DNA from: a virus
Lineage: Duplodnaviria > Caudoviricetes
Direction: 5' to 3' (one strand)
IMG/VR virus record: IMGVR_UViG_3300033076_000895
Location: 1 to 32,797 of that record
Length of the DNA: 32,797 nucleotides
Below, piece by piece: positions 1 through 10,048 of this stretch (position 1 is its first letter; each line of letters opens with the position of its first letter). The position numbers and the translations under genes were made by a program. The notes under the pieces are model-generated. The model searched no databases and was not told the DNA's origin. It saw only the letters and a list, made by a program, of their open reading frames with translations.

Positions 1-438
1 ACTGTTAGTTCTCCATTTGTTTCTGGTAGTGGTGGTAATGGTACTGTAGTTTTAAGATATTCAGGTACTCCAATAGCAACTGGTGGTACAATTGTAACTT
101 CAGGTTCTTTCACATATCACTATTTCGCATCTTCATCTAATTTTAATCTCACATTAAGTCCTTTATTAATTAGACCAGGAGCACCTGGAGAGAGTGGAGC
201 AGTAACTGGTTCTAACGCAGGAAATAATACTGGTGGTGGAGCAGGTGGCTCATTCTATAATATATCAGGTTCTAAAGGTGGAAGTGGATTCGTAGCATTA
301 AGATACGAAGGAGCTCCAATAGCAACTGGTGGACAAATGATTGGAACTGACCATTACACATATCACATATACACAGCAAGTGGAGAGTTCTACGCAATAG
401 GACAAGAAACAAATCCAAATATTAATCCTTGCCCATAA
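1..438 (+). CDS. 3' end of a glycine-rich tail fibre/adhesin (partial, 5' truncated)
   Basis: Frame 1 is open from base 1 to TAA at 436-438. It contains two copies of the GGxGxVxLRY..PIATGG....TYH.F/Y module typical of Gly-rich phage fibre domains. Confidence 0.8.
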   Translation, partial: TVSSPFVSGSGGNGTVVLRYSGTPIATGGTIVTSGSFTYHYFASSSNFNLTLSPLLIRPGAPGESGAVTGSNAGNNTGGGAGGSFYNISGSKGGSGFVALRYEGAPIATGGQMIGTDHYTYHIYTASGEFYAIGQETNPNINPCP

Positions 439-469
439 AGCAAAAAATCAATACAAAAAAACAAACAAT

Positions 470-477
470 TGTTAAAT
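470..477 (+). promoter_or_regulatory. Putative late promoter core TGTTAAAT (copy 1, before scaffold)
   Basis: One of 8 intergenic copies, all on the + strand upstream of virion or packaging genes. Confidence 0.75.
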
Positions 478-495
478 AATTAAATCAAAAATAAT

Positions 496-1173
496 ATGAA
501 CGCAAAACAAGTATTAGATAAAGTATTAGCAGCTCTTTCTTTAGTGAAGGAAGATGTTCAATTTACAGACGCTAAACTAGCTGATGGTACAATCTTACAA
601 TCTCCTACCTTTGATTTAGGTGAGAGTATTGAAGTAGTACACGAAGATGGAACTAAAACTCCAGCACCTAATGGTGAGCATGAAGTTGTTCTTAAAGATT
701 CTGAAGGTAAAGACGTTAGAATTCAAGTACAAGTTCAAGATGGTAAAATAGTTGAAAGAAGCAATGTAGAAGAAGAAACTCCGGCAACGGATGAAGCTGT
801 TGATATGGCAAGTATCGCAGGTGATGATATCGCATCTCCAGAAGCTCCGAATGAAATTCAAACTGAGCCACAAGATATTCCTCAAACTATGGAAACTCTT
901 TCTTATAGAATTGAAGAATTAGAGAAATTAGTAAAAGAGCACTTAATTGATAAAGCTCCTACTAAAGAATCTCAAACAGAAAAAACTGAGCCTGTATCAA
1001 TGGCAGCAGTTGATGGTGATGAAGAAGATTCAGTTGATTCTGATGAAGAAGAATTACCAAAATTGGATGGTGCACCAATTGATGATGAACCAAAACCAAC
1101 ACACAAATTTAGTAATAAGAAAAATACTGTAGGAAACTCACAGAACACTTTCTTATCAAAATTATATAATTAA
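496..1173 (+). CDS. Capsid scaffolding protein
   Basis: Acidic 225 aa protein with a short coiled coil (LSYRIEELEKLV) and an AP.GEH motif, directly upstream of the major capsid gene. Confidence 0.7.
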   Translation: MNAKQVLDKVLAALSLVKEDVQFTDAKLADGTILQSPTFDLGESIEVVHEDGTKTPAPNGEHEVVLKDSEGKDVRIQVQVQDGKIVERSNVEEETPATDEAVDMASIAGDDIASPEAPNEIQTEPQDIPQTMETLSYRIEELEKLVKEHLIDKAPTKESQTEKTEPVSMAAVDGDEEDSVDSDEEELPKLDGAPIDDEPKPTHKFSNKKNTVGNSQNTFLSKLYN

Positions 1174-1196
1174 ACAAAACAAAAAAATCATTTAAC

Positions 1197-2153
1197 ATGA
1201 GAAAATTACAAAAATTCGCAGGTGAACAACCAGCAATAACTACTACCTACGCAGGTGAGTTCGCTGGTAAGTACATCGCAGCGGCGTTGTTATCTGCTAC
1301 TACTTTGGACAAGAAGTATATCACTATTCTTCCTAACGTAAAGTATAAGCAAGTATTACAAAAAATCGCTGTAAACTCTATTGTGAACGATGCTTCTTGT
1401 AACTTTATTACTTCTGGAACTGTAGCTCTTACTGAGAGAATCATAGAACCAAAAGAATTACAAGTTAACTTAGAACTTTGTAAGCAAAACTTTGTAAATA
1501 GCTGGGAGGCTTTACAATTAGGATACTCTGCATTTGACGAGATTCCAAAAGACTTTACTGATTTCTTAATCAGCTATGTAGGTGGTACAGTAGCTCAAGC
1601 AACTGAACAATCTATTTGGACTGGTGTAGCAGCAACTAACGGCCAATTCGCAGGTTTATTACCAGCGTTATCAGCTTCAGTAGCAGCTGGTGGAGCAGGT
1701 GCTGTATTACAAGCAACTGGTTCAGGTGCAATCAATTCATCTAACGTATTAGCTAGATTGGATAACGTGTACAACACAATCCCTAACACTGTTTATGGTA
1801 AAGAAGATTTATTAATCTATGTACCAACAAACGTGGCTAAAGCTTATCAACAAGCATTAGCTGGTGGAGCACAAGGTGCAAACGGTTGGAACAACCAAAT
1901 GAACGTTGGTGAAAAACCAATGAACTTCAATGGTGTTGAAATCGTTATGTGTCCTGGTATGACTTCTAACTACATCGTAGCAGCTCAAAAATCTAACTTA
2001 TACTTCGGTACTGGTTTGATGAGTGATTACAATGAAGTAAGAGTGTTAGACATGGCACAAATTGATGGTTCTCAAAACTTTAGAATCATAATGAGATATA
2101 CAGCAGCAACACAATTCGGTATCGGAAGTGATGCAGTTATCTATATCCCATAA
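1197..2153 (+). CDS. Major capsid protein
   Basis: 318 aa. Motifs ITTTYAGEFAGKYIAAALLS, NLYFGTGL and DGSQNFRIIMRYTA resemble Bacteroidota phage capsid proteins. Codon usage looks biased toward high expression. Confidence 0.85.
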   Translation: MRKLQKFAGEQPAITTTYAGEFAGKYIAAALLSATTLDKKYITILPNVKYKQVLQKIAVNSIVNDASCNFITSGTVALTERIIEPKELQVNLELCKQNFVNSWEALQLGYSAFDEIPKDFTDFLISYVGGTVAQATEQSIWTGVAATNGQFAGLLPALSASVAAGGAGAVLQATGSGAINSSNVLARLDNVYNTIPNTVYGKEDLLIYVPTNVAKAYQQALAGGAQGANGWNNQMNVGEKPMNFNGVEIVMCPGMTSNYIVAAQKSNLYFGTGLMSDYNEVRVLDMAQIDGSQNFRIIMRYTAATQFGIGSDAVIYIP

Positions 2154-2162
2154 GAAAAATAT

Positions 2163-2212
2163 TGAGTGAGTAATAGGGAGATTAAAGTTAAAACTATATC
2201 TCCCTTCACTTA
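2163..2212 (+). other. Bulged stem-loop after the capsid gene (possible mRNA stabiliser or processing site)
   Basis: TGAGTGA/TCACTTA plus AGGGAGAT/ATCTCCCT stems. No U-tract follows. Confidence 0.55.
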
Positions 2213-2244
2213 AAACAAAATTAACAAAACTAAAAAACAAAACT

Positions 2245-2805
2245 ATGGCTTGTGATTTATCATCAGGAAGAAACGAAGTTTGTAAAGAGAGTATCGGTGG
2301 TTTGAGTGGTGTATATTTTATTAACTATGTTAATAACAATGGTACATCTGGTTCATTCACAACTGATGCTTCTGGCTACATTACTTCATTCCCATCTGCT
2401 AGTGCATACTACTATCAGTTGAAAGGAACAAGTGCATATACTGAAACTGTTAATACATCTCGTGAAAACGGTACAACATTCTTCTCTCAGGAGTTAGTGT
2501 TAAACCTTAAGAAAATCACACAAGAGATGAATACTCAATTGAAGCTTATGGCTTATGGAAGACCTCAAATCGTTGTTGTAACAAACAATGGTGATTCTTT
2601 CTTAGTAGGTAAGACTTTGGGAGCTGATGTAACTGCTGGTACTATTGGTACTGGAGCTGCATTAGGTGATTTGTACGGATACTCAGTTACCTTTACTGGT
2701 ACTGAACCTGTTCCTGCAAACTTTATCTCTGGTTCTACTTCAGCTGCAAATCCTTTCGGAAGTGCAACGAATAAACCAACAATTGTATACGGTAGCAATA
2801 ACTAA
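2245..2805 (+). CDS. Major tail tube protein
   Basis: 186 aa, starts MACDLSSGR..CK..IGG and contains SRENGTTFFSQEL and GDLYGYSVTFTG.E. It is co-transcribed with the capsid gene up to a terminator. Confidence 0.7.
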   Translation: MACDLSSGRNEVCKESIGGLSGVYFINYVNNNGTSGSFTTDASGYITSFPSASAYYYQLKGTSAYTETVNTSRENGTTFFSQELVLNLKKITQEMNTQLKLMAYGRPQIVVVTNNGDSFLVGKTLGADVTAGTIGTGAALGDLYGYSVTFTGTEPVPANFISGSTSAANPFGSATNKPTIVYGSNN

Positions 2806-2827
2806 TCAGTATTACACTTAAAATATT

Positions 2828-2856
2828 AAAGGGAGGACAAAGTTCTCCCTTTTTTT
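2828..2856 (+). terminator. Rho-independent terminator
   Basis: AAAGGGAGGAC-AAA-GTTCTCCCTTT followed by a T-run and ATGTC. Confidence 0.85.
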
Positions 2857-2886
2857 ATGTCTAATAACTAAAAAGAATTTGTAAGT

Positions 2887-2894
2887 TGTTAAAT
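2887..2894 (+). promoter_or_regulatory. Putative late promoter core TGTTAAAT (copy 2)
   Basis: Lies directly after the terminator, with AACTA 16 nt upstream, and would restart transcription for the portal operon. Confidence 0.75.
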
Positions 2895-2924
2895 TAATAG
2901 ATAAAAACAAGTTAAAGACACGCT

Positions 2925-3287
2925 ATGTTAGCATACTATATTTCAGGAAGTAATATATTCACATTTAGAACAGCCCCAACTGGTTCTTCTAATCTTACAT
3001 TACACTTGCAGAATATGATGACATTAAAGAATTCATCTTCTTCAATTTCACCATATACCTACAATGCATACGAAAGTATGTTATCATTCACAGCTTCTAT
3101 TTCATCATCATTAGTTGGTGGGGAATATAGAGCATACATATCTGATGGCACTTCTTCTATTTGGAATGGTTCTGTTCAAGTTTATACATCTCAATCGGTG
3201 GATAAAGCTAATTATGAAAACCAAATTCCTTTAGAGCAAGTATATAAGAGCAATTTAACTGAAAACGAATATATAATTTTAGACTAA
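2925..3287 (+). CDS. Hypothetical virion protein (possible head closure)
   Basis: 120 aa, Ser-rich and beta-like, located between the tail tube and portal genes. Confidence 0.5.
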   Translation: MLAYYISGSNIFTFRTAPTGSSNLTLHLQNMMTLKNSSSSISPYTYNAYESMLSFTASISSSLVGGEYRAYISDGTSSIWNGSVQVYTSQSVDKANYENQIPLEQVYKSNLTENEYIILD

Positions 3288-3288
3288 T

Positions 3289-4578
3289 ATGAAAGTAGCA
3301 CAAAACTTTAGTGTAGTAAACCTTACACAACAAGATATCCCAGTTATTATTGAGGATACAAAGACAAGACATCCGTGGATACCTGTTGGTATCATAATGC
3401 CTGATGATTTCTTTAGTAACATAACTGATTCATATAACAACTCTACAACTAATGCAGCTTGTGTTGGTGGTATAGCTGATATGATATTTGGTAAAGGTAT
3501 CTATTGTGAAAACGAAGCTCTTAAAGATGATTTCAGAAAGATGTTATCTCAAGAAGAAATTAAAAGAGTAATATTTGATTTAAAATTATATGGTAATGGA
3601 TGTTTCCAAGTATATTGGGATGATTCGCATACAAAGATTATTAAAATGTATCATACTCCAGTACAAAGTATTAGAGCACAAAAATTATATACTTCTCCTA
3701 AAATTGAAGGATATTATTATTGTACTAATTGGAATGATATGAAAGCTCAAAGAAATAAAATATATATTCCTGCTTTCGGTACATCAAATGAGAAGATGGA
3801 ATTACTTTATATAAAGGATTATTCACCTGGTAAATTCTATTATTCACAACCTGATTGGTTTGCTGGTTTACAATTTGCTTATGTAGAAGCTGAATTATCT
3901 AACTTACATCTTAACAATATTGAGAATGGTTTCTTACCATTAGTGATGGTTAATATGAACAATGGTATTCCAGCTCCTGAAGAAAGAGATACAATTGAAG
4001 ATATGATTGAATCTAAATTTACAGGCACTAGAAACGCTGGTAGATTTATCTTAACATTCAATGATGATAAGGAAAGACAACCAACAATTGAAACTATCCA
4101 AACTGATAATTTGCATGAGAAATTTAAATATGTAGCAGATTACGCACAGGATAGAATATTGGTTTCACATAGAGTTACATCGCCACTTTTAATGGGTATT
4201 AGAACGGCTGTAAACGGATTTAGTTCTAACAGTGAGGAAATGCAAACAGCTTACTCTATTCTTCAAACTATGACAATAGAACCATTCCAGAATTTGATTT
4301 TAAACCAATTAGATAAAGCACTTTCTGATGGTGGATGGGAAGACTTAGGATTATACTTTGAACAATCTACTCCATCAGCTCTTTTAGCATCACAAGCTGA
4401 AGCAACTGGACAAACTATTGAAGAAGTTAAAAAAGATATAGCAGAAGTTGGTGAGAATCCAGCAGTTACCGATACGGAAGGTGAGGGTGTAGGTGGTGAG
4501 GCTCAAGACCAAACAACTCCAATATCAATGAGCAATCCTAATTTTACAAAAGAATACGAAGTATATAAAACAAACTAA
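3289..4578 (+). CDS. Portal protein
   Basis: 429 aa with S.TNAACV.GIADMIFGKG, DLKLYGN, KFTGTRNAG and HRVTSPLLMGI, which are HK97-type portal features. Confidence 0.85.
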   Translation: MKVAQNFSVVNLTQQDIPVIIEDTKTRHPWIPVGIIMPDDFFSNITDSYNNSTTNAACVGGIADMIFGKGIYCENEALKDDFRKMLSQEEIKRVIFDLKLYGNGCFQVYWDDSHTKIIKMYHTPVQSIRAQKLYTSPKIEGYYYCTNWNDMKAQRNKIYIPAFGTSNEKMELLYIKDYSPGKFYYSQPDWFAGLQFAYVEAELSNLHLNNIENGFLPLVMVNMNNGIPAPEERDTIEDMIESKFTGTRNAGRFILTFNDDKERQPTIETIQTDNLHEKFKYVADYAQDRILVSHRVTSPLLMGIRTAVNGFSSNSEEMQTAYSILQTMTIEPFQNLILNQLDKALSDGGWEDLGLYFEQSTPSALLASQAEATGQTIEEVKKDIAEVGENPAVTDTEGEGVGGEAQDQTTPISMSNPNFTKEYEVYKTN

Positions 4579-4582
4579 GAAT

Positions 4583-5101
4583 ATGGCATACGCATTATTT
4601 ATAAGCAGAAACGATATTATCAAACAAACTCCATTACAGGGTTCTATTGATGCAGATAGATTACTATCATTTGTGAGAACAGCACAAGACAAATACCTTT
4701 TAAACTTATTAGGTACTGTTCTTTTCTATTATTTACAAGCACAAATAGAAGCAGGTACTGTAAGCCAATTAGGTCCATACTACCAAGATTTAATTAATGA
4801 CCATATTAAGCCAACACTTATTTGGTATTCAGTAGCAGAATATCTTCCATTTTCAAATACACAATTTAAGAGTGAAGGAGCTGTAAGATTAAAAACTGAT
4901 AACTCAGAAACTGTTGGTAAAGACCAAGTAGATTATCTATTACAAAAGGCTCTTAACTCAGCAGATTTCTACGCAACTAGAATGCAAAACTATCTAATAT
5001 CATACTCAAATCAAATACCTCAATACCTACAATCAATTGGTAATCAAACTCAGGTATTCCCTGATATGGGTAATGCATATTTTGGTGGTATAAATTTATA
5101 A
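4583..5101 (+). CDS. Head-tail adaptor/connector
   Basis: 172 aa helical protein (AQDKYL..LLG..L, IKP.LIW) immediately after the portal gene. Confidence 0.6.
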   Translation: MAYALFISRNDIIKQTPLQGSIDADRLLSFVRTAQDKYLLNLLGTVLFYYLQAQIEAGTVSQLGPYYQDLINDHIKPTLIWYSVAEYLPFSNTQFKSEGAVRLKTDNSETVGKDQVDYLLQKALNSADFYATRMQNYLISYSNQIPQYLQSIGNQTQVFPDMGNAYFGGINL

Positions 5102-5105
5102 TATT

Positions 5106-5621
5106 ATGGCTGTAGTAAACAATCAGGCAACTAACTATTCGTTATACTATAACGCATTAGATTATTTTAAAACAATAATGAGCAATCATCCTTCTATTGA
5201 GCAAGTATCAACAGGTGATATGTCTCAATTAGATGACTTAGAATTTCCTCCATATCCATTGGGGAATATACTAATAACTGAAGCTAAGTTTAATGGTTCA
5301 AAAACTATCTATTCTTGCCAACTTACAGTTGCTGACAAGCTTAAGTTAAAGAATAACGAATCAACCGGAGTGTATAATGCGCAAACTGTACCTTTCTATG
5401 GTACTGATGATATGGTTGATATACATGCTAACACCTTATCTATAATAAACGATTTACTATCTTATACAGAATATGCAGTACAAGCATTTGATATTGATGG
5501 TAATATAAATTGTATAGCATTTAGAGAAGATTTTCCAAATGGATTAGCCGGATGGGTTTGTTCATTTGATTTAATTTCTCATAACGATAGACCAAGATGT
5601 TTATTTAATCTTTATCCATAA
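5106..5621 (+). CDS. Putative tail terminator protein
   Basis: 171 aa with YPL.NI and F.E.F.N.LAGW. Its position in the connector cluster fits this role. Confidence 0.5.
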   Translation: MAVVNNQATNYSLYYNALDYFKTIMSNHPSIEQVSTGDMSQLDDLEFPPYPLGNILITEAKFNGSKTIYSCQLTVADKLKLKNNESTGVYNAQTVPFYGTDDMVDIHANTLSIINDLLSYTEYAVQAFDIDGNINCIAFREDFPNGLAGWVCSFDLISHNDRPRCLFNLYP

Positions 5622-6106
5622 TGGCTGCATTCTCATTTCCTGGCGTTAAAGCAATTGCTGATGCATATCGCAAAACAGCGCAGGATAAGATGTTGCAAGG
5701 ATACCCTGGTCGTAATCCTAACAAACCTGTTAAACCTATTATTGGTAAAGGTGAAAATGCTGGCAATCTATATAGAAGAATTGGTTCGTATAACACTGCA
5801 GCTAATATGGCTACAATGCGTTCAACAAAATTAGGAAACAAAGAAGAATTAAGTAATATTACAATATCCCTAAACTTTGCACCTCCGGGAGCAACTTATG
5901 GTAAATGGGTAGAATGGGGTAATGGAACTCAAAGTGGATATGGTGTACCAAGACCATTTGCAGCAGATGCAGGTAAAGACCCAGAACTTAAAAGAGTAGT
6001 TGATGCTGCTATGTTAGGTAATAATGGGTTAATCAATAGATATATTAAAGCAATTCAAGCTGATATTGAGGATGAGATGGAAAGCTTGGGATTTAAGAAA
6101 AGCTAA
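5621..6106 (+). CDS. Putative tail completion protein (HK97 gp10-like)
   Basis: Basic 161 aa protein with G.LYR.I, YGKWVEWG.G and PRPF motifs. Confidence 0.55.
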   Translation: MAAFSFPGVKAIADAYRKTAQDKMLQGYPGRNPNKPVKPIIGKGENAGNLYRRIGSYNTAANMATMRSTKLGNKEELSNITISLNFAPPGATYGKWVEWGNGTQSGYGVPRPFAADAGKDPELKRVVDAAMLGNNGLINRYIKAIQADIEDEMESLGFKKS

Positions 6107-6132
6107 CCATCAATAACATAATCCTCTTAAGT

Positions 6133-6140
6133 TGTTAAAT
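6133..6140 (+). promoter_or_regulatory. Putative late promoter core TGTTAAAT (copy 3)
   Basis: Intergenic, 15 nt before the ATG at 6156. Confidence 0.75.
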
Positions 6141-6155
6141 TAAAAAGATTTAACG

Positions 6156-7319
6156 ATGTCTCTTTCTATAACACAAAATCCAGCAACCGCATCATTAGCA
6201 CAATCTCCAATGGCATTTACGCTATCGGAAAGTGGTGATGTTGTATTAAGCTCATCATTCCAATATTTCACAGACTTATACTATTGGACTGGTTCACTAA
6301 ACCAATCAGGTTCTATAAAATATCAATTAGTAAAGTATCCAAATGCAAGTAGAGTGGGTATTTTTGATGTAAGTAGAGTAATCAATTCTACATTACAGGA
6401 TTTAAGACAAACTAATCCATCAAATGTAAAATTTTATAAAGTTGATGGATATTATCGCTATTTATCAGGTTCATCTTATGTGACAAGTTCTCACGTTGAA
6501 TCTGATGTATATAAAGCTTTAGATGGGTATGGTTTATTTCAAGAAGCAATCAACGGACCAATATATGGTAAGTCACCTTATTGGCCATTAATGAGTGATG
6601 GGCCTGTAACACAATCTTTTTATGAACTTAATACAGGTACAATGGGTGTATATACTCAAGGTGCTGGTGAATCTGATTTACCTACTAAAATAACCTATGA
6701 ATCAAATTTAGGAACGGCAAATATAAATGTAAGTGGAAGTATATCTTCTTCTCAACAAATACAACAAGTTCCTTTATTCCCAGCTCAAACAGGATTTCCT
6801 TTTAGTTCAAATGGATTAGAGTGGTACACATTACAACCTTTTAAAAGTAGTACTGCATTAGCTCCTTCAATAAGATATGAATATAATTGTTTACAAAAAT
6901 ATCCTAATGTTAGAATCAAATGGAAAAATAGATACGGACAATTTGATTATTTCAATTTCTATATGATTAGTAAGAAATCTTTCAAAACTGAAAAGAGGAC
7001 TTACCAGCCACAAGTTGGTACTTGGCAGGGTAGTACTTTAAGCTACAATAATTACGATTCACAAAATCTTAACTATTTGGTAGATTCTAATCAGGGATTA
7101 AATGTAAATACATTTTGGATTCCTGAGAATTACAACGATATCCTGAAGCAATTATTATTAAGTGATGAAATATACTATGTAACTACAGAAAGCTCTCAGG
7201 ATTTAACGCCTATCACCATAGATACGAATTCTATTGAGTTTAAAACTAATGTAGTAGATGGATTAATTCAATACTCATTTGATTTCAGATTTGGTCAGAA
7301 TTATAAACTAATAATCTAA
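6156..7319 (+). CDS. Tail protein (distal-tail-like)
   Basis: 387 aa. The C-terminal W.NRYG.FDYFNF...LLLSDEIY...IQYSFDF motif is typical of Bacteroidota siphovirus tail proteins. Confidence 0.6.
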   Translation: MSLSITQNPATASLAQSPMAFTLSESGDVVLSSSFQYFTDLYYWTGSLNQSGSIKYQLVKYPNASRVGIFDVSRVINSTLQDLRQTNPSNVKFYKVDGYYRYLSGSSYVTSSHVESDVYKALDGYGLFQEAINGPIYGKSPYWPLMSDGPVTQSFYELNTGTMGVYTQGAGESDLPTKITYESNLGTANINVSGSISSSQQIQQVPLFPAQTGFPFSSNGLEWYTLQPFKSSTALAPSIRYEYNCLQKYPNVRIKWKNRYGQFDYFNFYMISKKSFKTEKRTYQPQVGTWQGSTLSYNNYDSQNLNYLVDSNQGLNVNTFWIPENYNDILKQLLLSDEIYYVTTESSQDLTPITIDTNSIEFKTNVVDGLIQYSFDFRFGQNYKLII

Positions 7320-7322
7320 TAT

Positions 7323-9335
7323 ATGTCAGTAATTAGTACACAAGGAATTAAGTTTAATTTAGTAGCTGAAGGACAAATACTTGATTTATTTAAAGATGAA
7401 CAAGTCCTATTATCGGATAACGTAACTGGTCTTTTTGATTTGGGTGTTATACCTGCTGACTTTACTAGACAAATTACTTTGCCTGGTTCTAAAAAGAATA
7501 ACGCATTCTTTGAGCACGTTTATGATATTAGTGTTCAATCTCCTGATACATTTGCTACTAACGTTAAAGTACCTTGTTACTTAGATTTTCAGGGTATTTA
7601 TTTAGCACAAGGTTATCTACAATTAAATAAAGTAAGTTTATATCAAAATAAATTTATTGATTCATATGAGGTAACAATCTATGGAGCTGTATCTTCTTTT
7701 GCTAGACAAATTAGTAGAGCTTATTTAAATGATTTAACTTCATTAGCAGCTTATAATCACACATCATCAGTTTCAGCTATTACATCTTCTTGGAGTGGTA
7801 GTTTATTTAATGGTGATATAGTTTATCCTTTAGCTGAATATGGACAAAAGATACAATACAATCCTGAAGAAGCTAACTATGGAATAGATTCACCTTATGA
7901 TGCTTTATGTGTGCAGGATTTTAAACCTGCTATTAAAGCTAAGGTTGTATGGGATGCTATATTTGCAGAAGCTGGGTTTACTTATTCATCATCCTTTATT
8001 AACGATGGTGGGTTAGATGATATATATTTGGTTTGTAATAGACAATTAAGATATCCATTATACGCAGAAGCAAACCCTGAAACATACGGACAATTTAGAA
8101 TAGCGCCTATATCAGGAAGTGGAGCTACTGATATTGTATTGACAGCAACTACTGATTATAGATTACCATGGGCTAATATCATAACAAATCCTGGTGGACA
8201 AATGGGAAGTGATTTAGTATTTCGTAATACATATCCAACTCAATTAAGAGGACTTATAAATCTTAATTTTCAAATAAGTGCTTCTGGTGCTGGAAATAGT
8301 GTACCTTTATTTACACTTAAAATTAAAAATGTAGATACAAATGTAAATACTTCTGACCAAAGATTAGGAGTGATAAATGCTTATATGGACCAAGTTTATC
8401 AATATAATAATCCTACAACAAGAACACAAACATTTAACGTAACACAGCAATTCAATTCTGATTTATTACCATCAGGTTCTTACGCATTTTATTTAATGTA
8501 TAATTACTCAGGTTCAGCTTCAAACTTTACTTTAACATTAGACCAAGGTGGACAACCTAAATCTTTTTTAGATGTATATAAAGCAACATCAATAGGTGAT
8601 GGATTAGTAATGGATATACCTTTGAATATGCCATATGGTACTAGAGGAATTAAACAAATTGATTTCCTTACATCTATTCAAAAGAAATTTAATTTGGTAA
8701 TGTATCCATCTAAAAATAGAGCTAATCAATTTATAGTAGAATCTTTTAATAGATGGTATGATAAAGGTAGAAGATGGGATTTTGATAGATATATTAACCT
8801 TGATAAAATGATTGAGGTTATACCAACTAATAACTTTGCTGTTAATGAATTAAATTTTGGTGATACATTAGACCAAGATTATGTTTCATTACAATTTAGT
8901 AAAGCTGCTAATAGAGAATTTGGTAAGAGTTATTATGTAGATACTCAAAACTTCTTTTCGCAAGGTAAGTTTGAAGTTAAGACGGCATTGGCATCAACAC
9001 CATTATTACAAATAACTAATACTGGTTTATCAGGTTCTGTAGCTGGATTAAACCCTACACCTGTAACTTCATATGCGTATGAAATTGGGGATGCAGGATG
9101 GAATAGTAAATATAATGCATGTAATAACACATCTTACTATCCAACAACAGTATATGCTGCATCTTCTACACCTGAAAATGTTAGACAATTCTTCTATGAT
9201 GACCAATTATCAATTGGATTTAATGGTAATTATGAATATTGGAAATGGTCTTTAGTTGGTGCATACGATTATTATACTTCACTAATTATATACAGTGGTA
9301 ATGTATTTTCAACACAAAATTGCGGAGGAGTTTAA
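7323..9335 (+). CDS. Tail tip/hub protein, N-terminal part with a C-terminal accessory domain
   Basis: 670 aa with LDLF.DE, FTRQITLPGSKKNN.FF, YPLAEYG, FKPAI and FL.SI.KKFNL. Confidence 0.65.
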   Translation: MSVISTQGIKFNLVAEGQILDLFKDEQVLLSDNVTGLFDLGVIPADFTRQITLPGSKKNNAFFEHVYDISVQSPDTFATNVKVPCYLDFQGIYLAQGYLQLNKVSLYQNKFIDSYEVTIYGAVSSFARQISRAYLNDLTSLAAYNHTSSVSAITSSWSGSLFNGDIVYPLAEYGQKIQYNPEEANYGIDSPYDALCVQDFKPAIKAKVVWDAIFAEAGFTYSSSFINDGGLDDIYLVCNRQLRYPLYAEANPETYGQFRIAPISGSGATDIVLTATTDYRLPWANIITNPGGQMGSDLVFRNTYPTQLRGLINLNFQISASGAGNSVPLFTLKIKNVDTNVNTSDQRLGVINAYMDQVYQYNNPTTRTQTFNVTQQFNSDLLPSGSYAFYLMYNYSGSASNFTLTLDQGGQPKSFLDVYKATSIGDGLVMDIPLNMPYGTRGIKQIDFLTSIQKKFNLVMYPSKNRANQFIVESFNRWYDKGRRWDFDRYINLDKMIEVIPTNNFAVNELNFGDTLDQDYVSLQFSKAANREFGKSYYVDTQNFFSQGKFEVKTALASTPLLQITNTGLSGSVAGLNPTPVTSYAYEIGDAGWNSKYNACNNTSYYPTTVYAASSTPENVRQFFYDDQLSIGFNGNYEYWKWSLVGAYDYYTSLIIYSGNVFSTQNCGGV

Positions 9336-9346
9336 AATAAATAATT

Positions 9347-9883
9347 ATGGCACAAAAAATACCTATATACATTCCAACTTACATTTCTTCAATTGATTAT
9401 GCTCCTTCAAGAGTTCAACCAAGAATATTTTATTCAAATGGTATGCTTGATTGTGAAGCTTATTATATACAAGGATTTAATTTACCAAGTAGCGCTTCAA
9501 TATACGCTTATGAACAGACAGCATTTCCGTATTTTGATAACTACAGTGTAGTATCTGGTTCTCAATTTCCAACAACAGGTTCTAAATCATTACTTTTTAA
9601 TAATGAGCAATCTGTATATGGAAGTACACCAACCAATTCTTTATATTCTGATTATTGGAGTAGATATGTTGAATTACTTTATAATCCTAGAACTAGAATA
9701 ATGAATGCATCTGCTATCATTCCTTTGGCTGATTATTTTGATATGGAATTAAATGATATTGTGAATTTTAGAGGAAACGATTATCACCTTAGAGCGATTA
9801 ATGATTATAATCTATCAACAGGAGAATGTAATATTCAGTTATTAGGACCTATATTAGAGGGTTCATTAAATGTAACTTCTTAA
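9347..9883 (+). CDS. Tail tip protein, C-terminal-type module
   Basis: 178 aa with PRIFY, SLYSDYW..Y..LY and L.LND.V...YHL..I.DY.L.TGE...LL. Confidence 0.6.
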   Translation: MAQKIPIYIPTYISSIDYAPSRVQPRIFYSNGMLDCEAYYIQGFNLPSSASIYAYEQTAFPYFDNYSVVSGSQFPTTGSKSLLFNNEQSVYGSTPTNSLYSDYWSRYVELLYNPRTRIMNASAIIPLADYFDMELNDIVNFRGNDYHLRAINDYNLSTGECNIQLLGPILEGSLNVTS

Positions 9884-9884
9884 A

Positions 9885-9892
9885 TGTTAAAT
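9885..9892 (+). promoter_or_regulatory. Putative late promoter core TGTTAAAT (copy 4)
   Basis: Only 4 nt before the ATG at 9897. Confidence 0.7.
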
Positions 9893-9896
9893 TAAT

Positions 9897-10046
9897 ATGA
9901 TAAAGAATATAATAGATTTGTTGGCAATGGATGATTTTTATGGTGTATCTCACAATGTAGATATAGCTAAAGGAATTAACAAAAGACCTAATAGCTGGAA
10001 AGCTTTTAGAGAATTAATAAAAAGACATTGGAAAAGTAAAAAATAG
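9897..10046 (+). CDS. 49-aa hypothetical protein (missing from the ORF track)
   Basis: Translates as MIKNIIDLLAMDDFYGVSHNVDIAKGINKRPNSWKAFRELIKRHWKSKK. It fills the gap exactly: promoter motif before it, stop 2 nt before the tape measure ATG. Confidence 0.75.
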   Translation: MIKNIIDLLAMDDFYGVSHNVDIAKGINKRPNSWKAFRELIKRHWKSKK

Positions 10047-10048
10047 CC

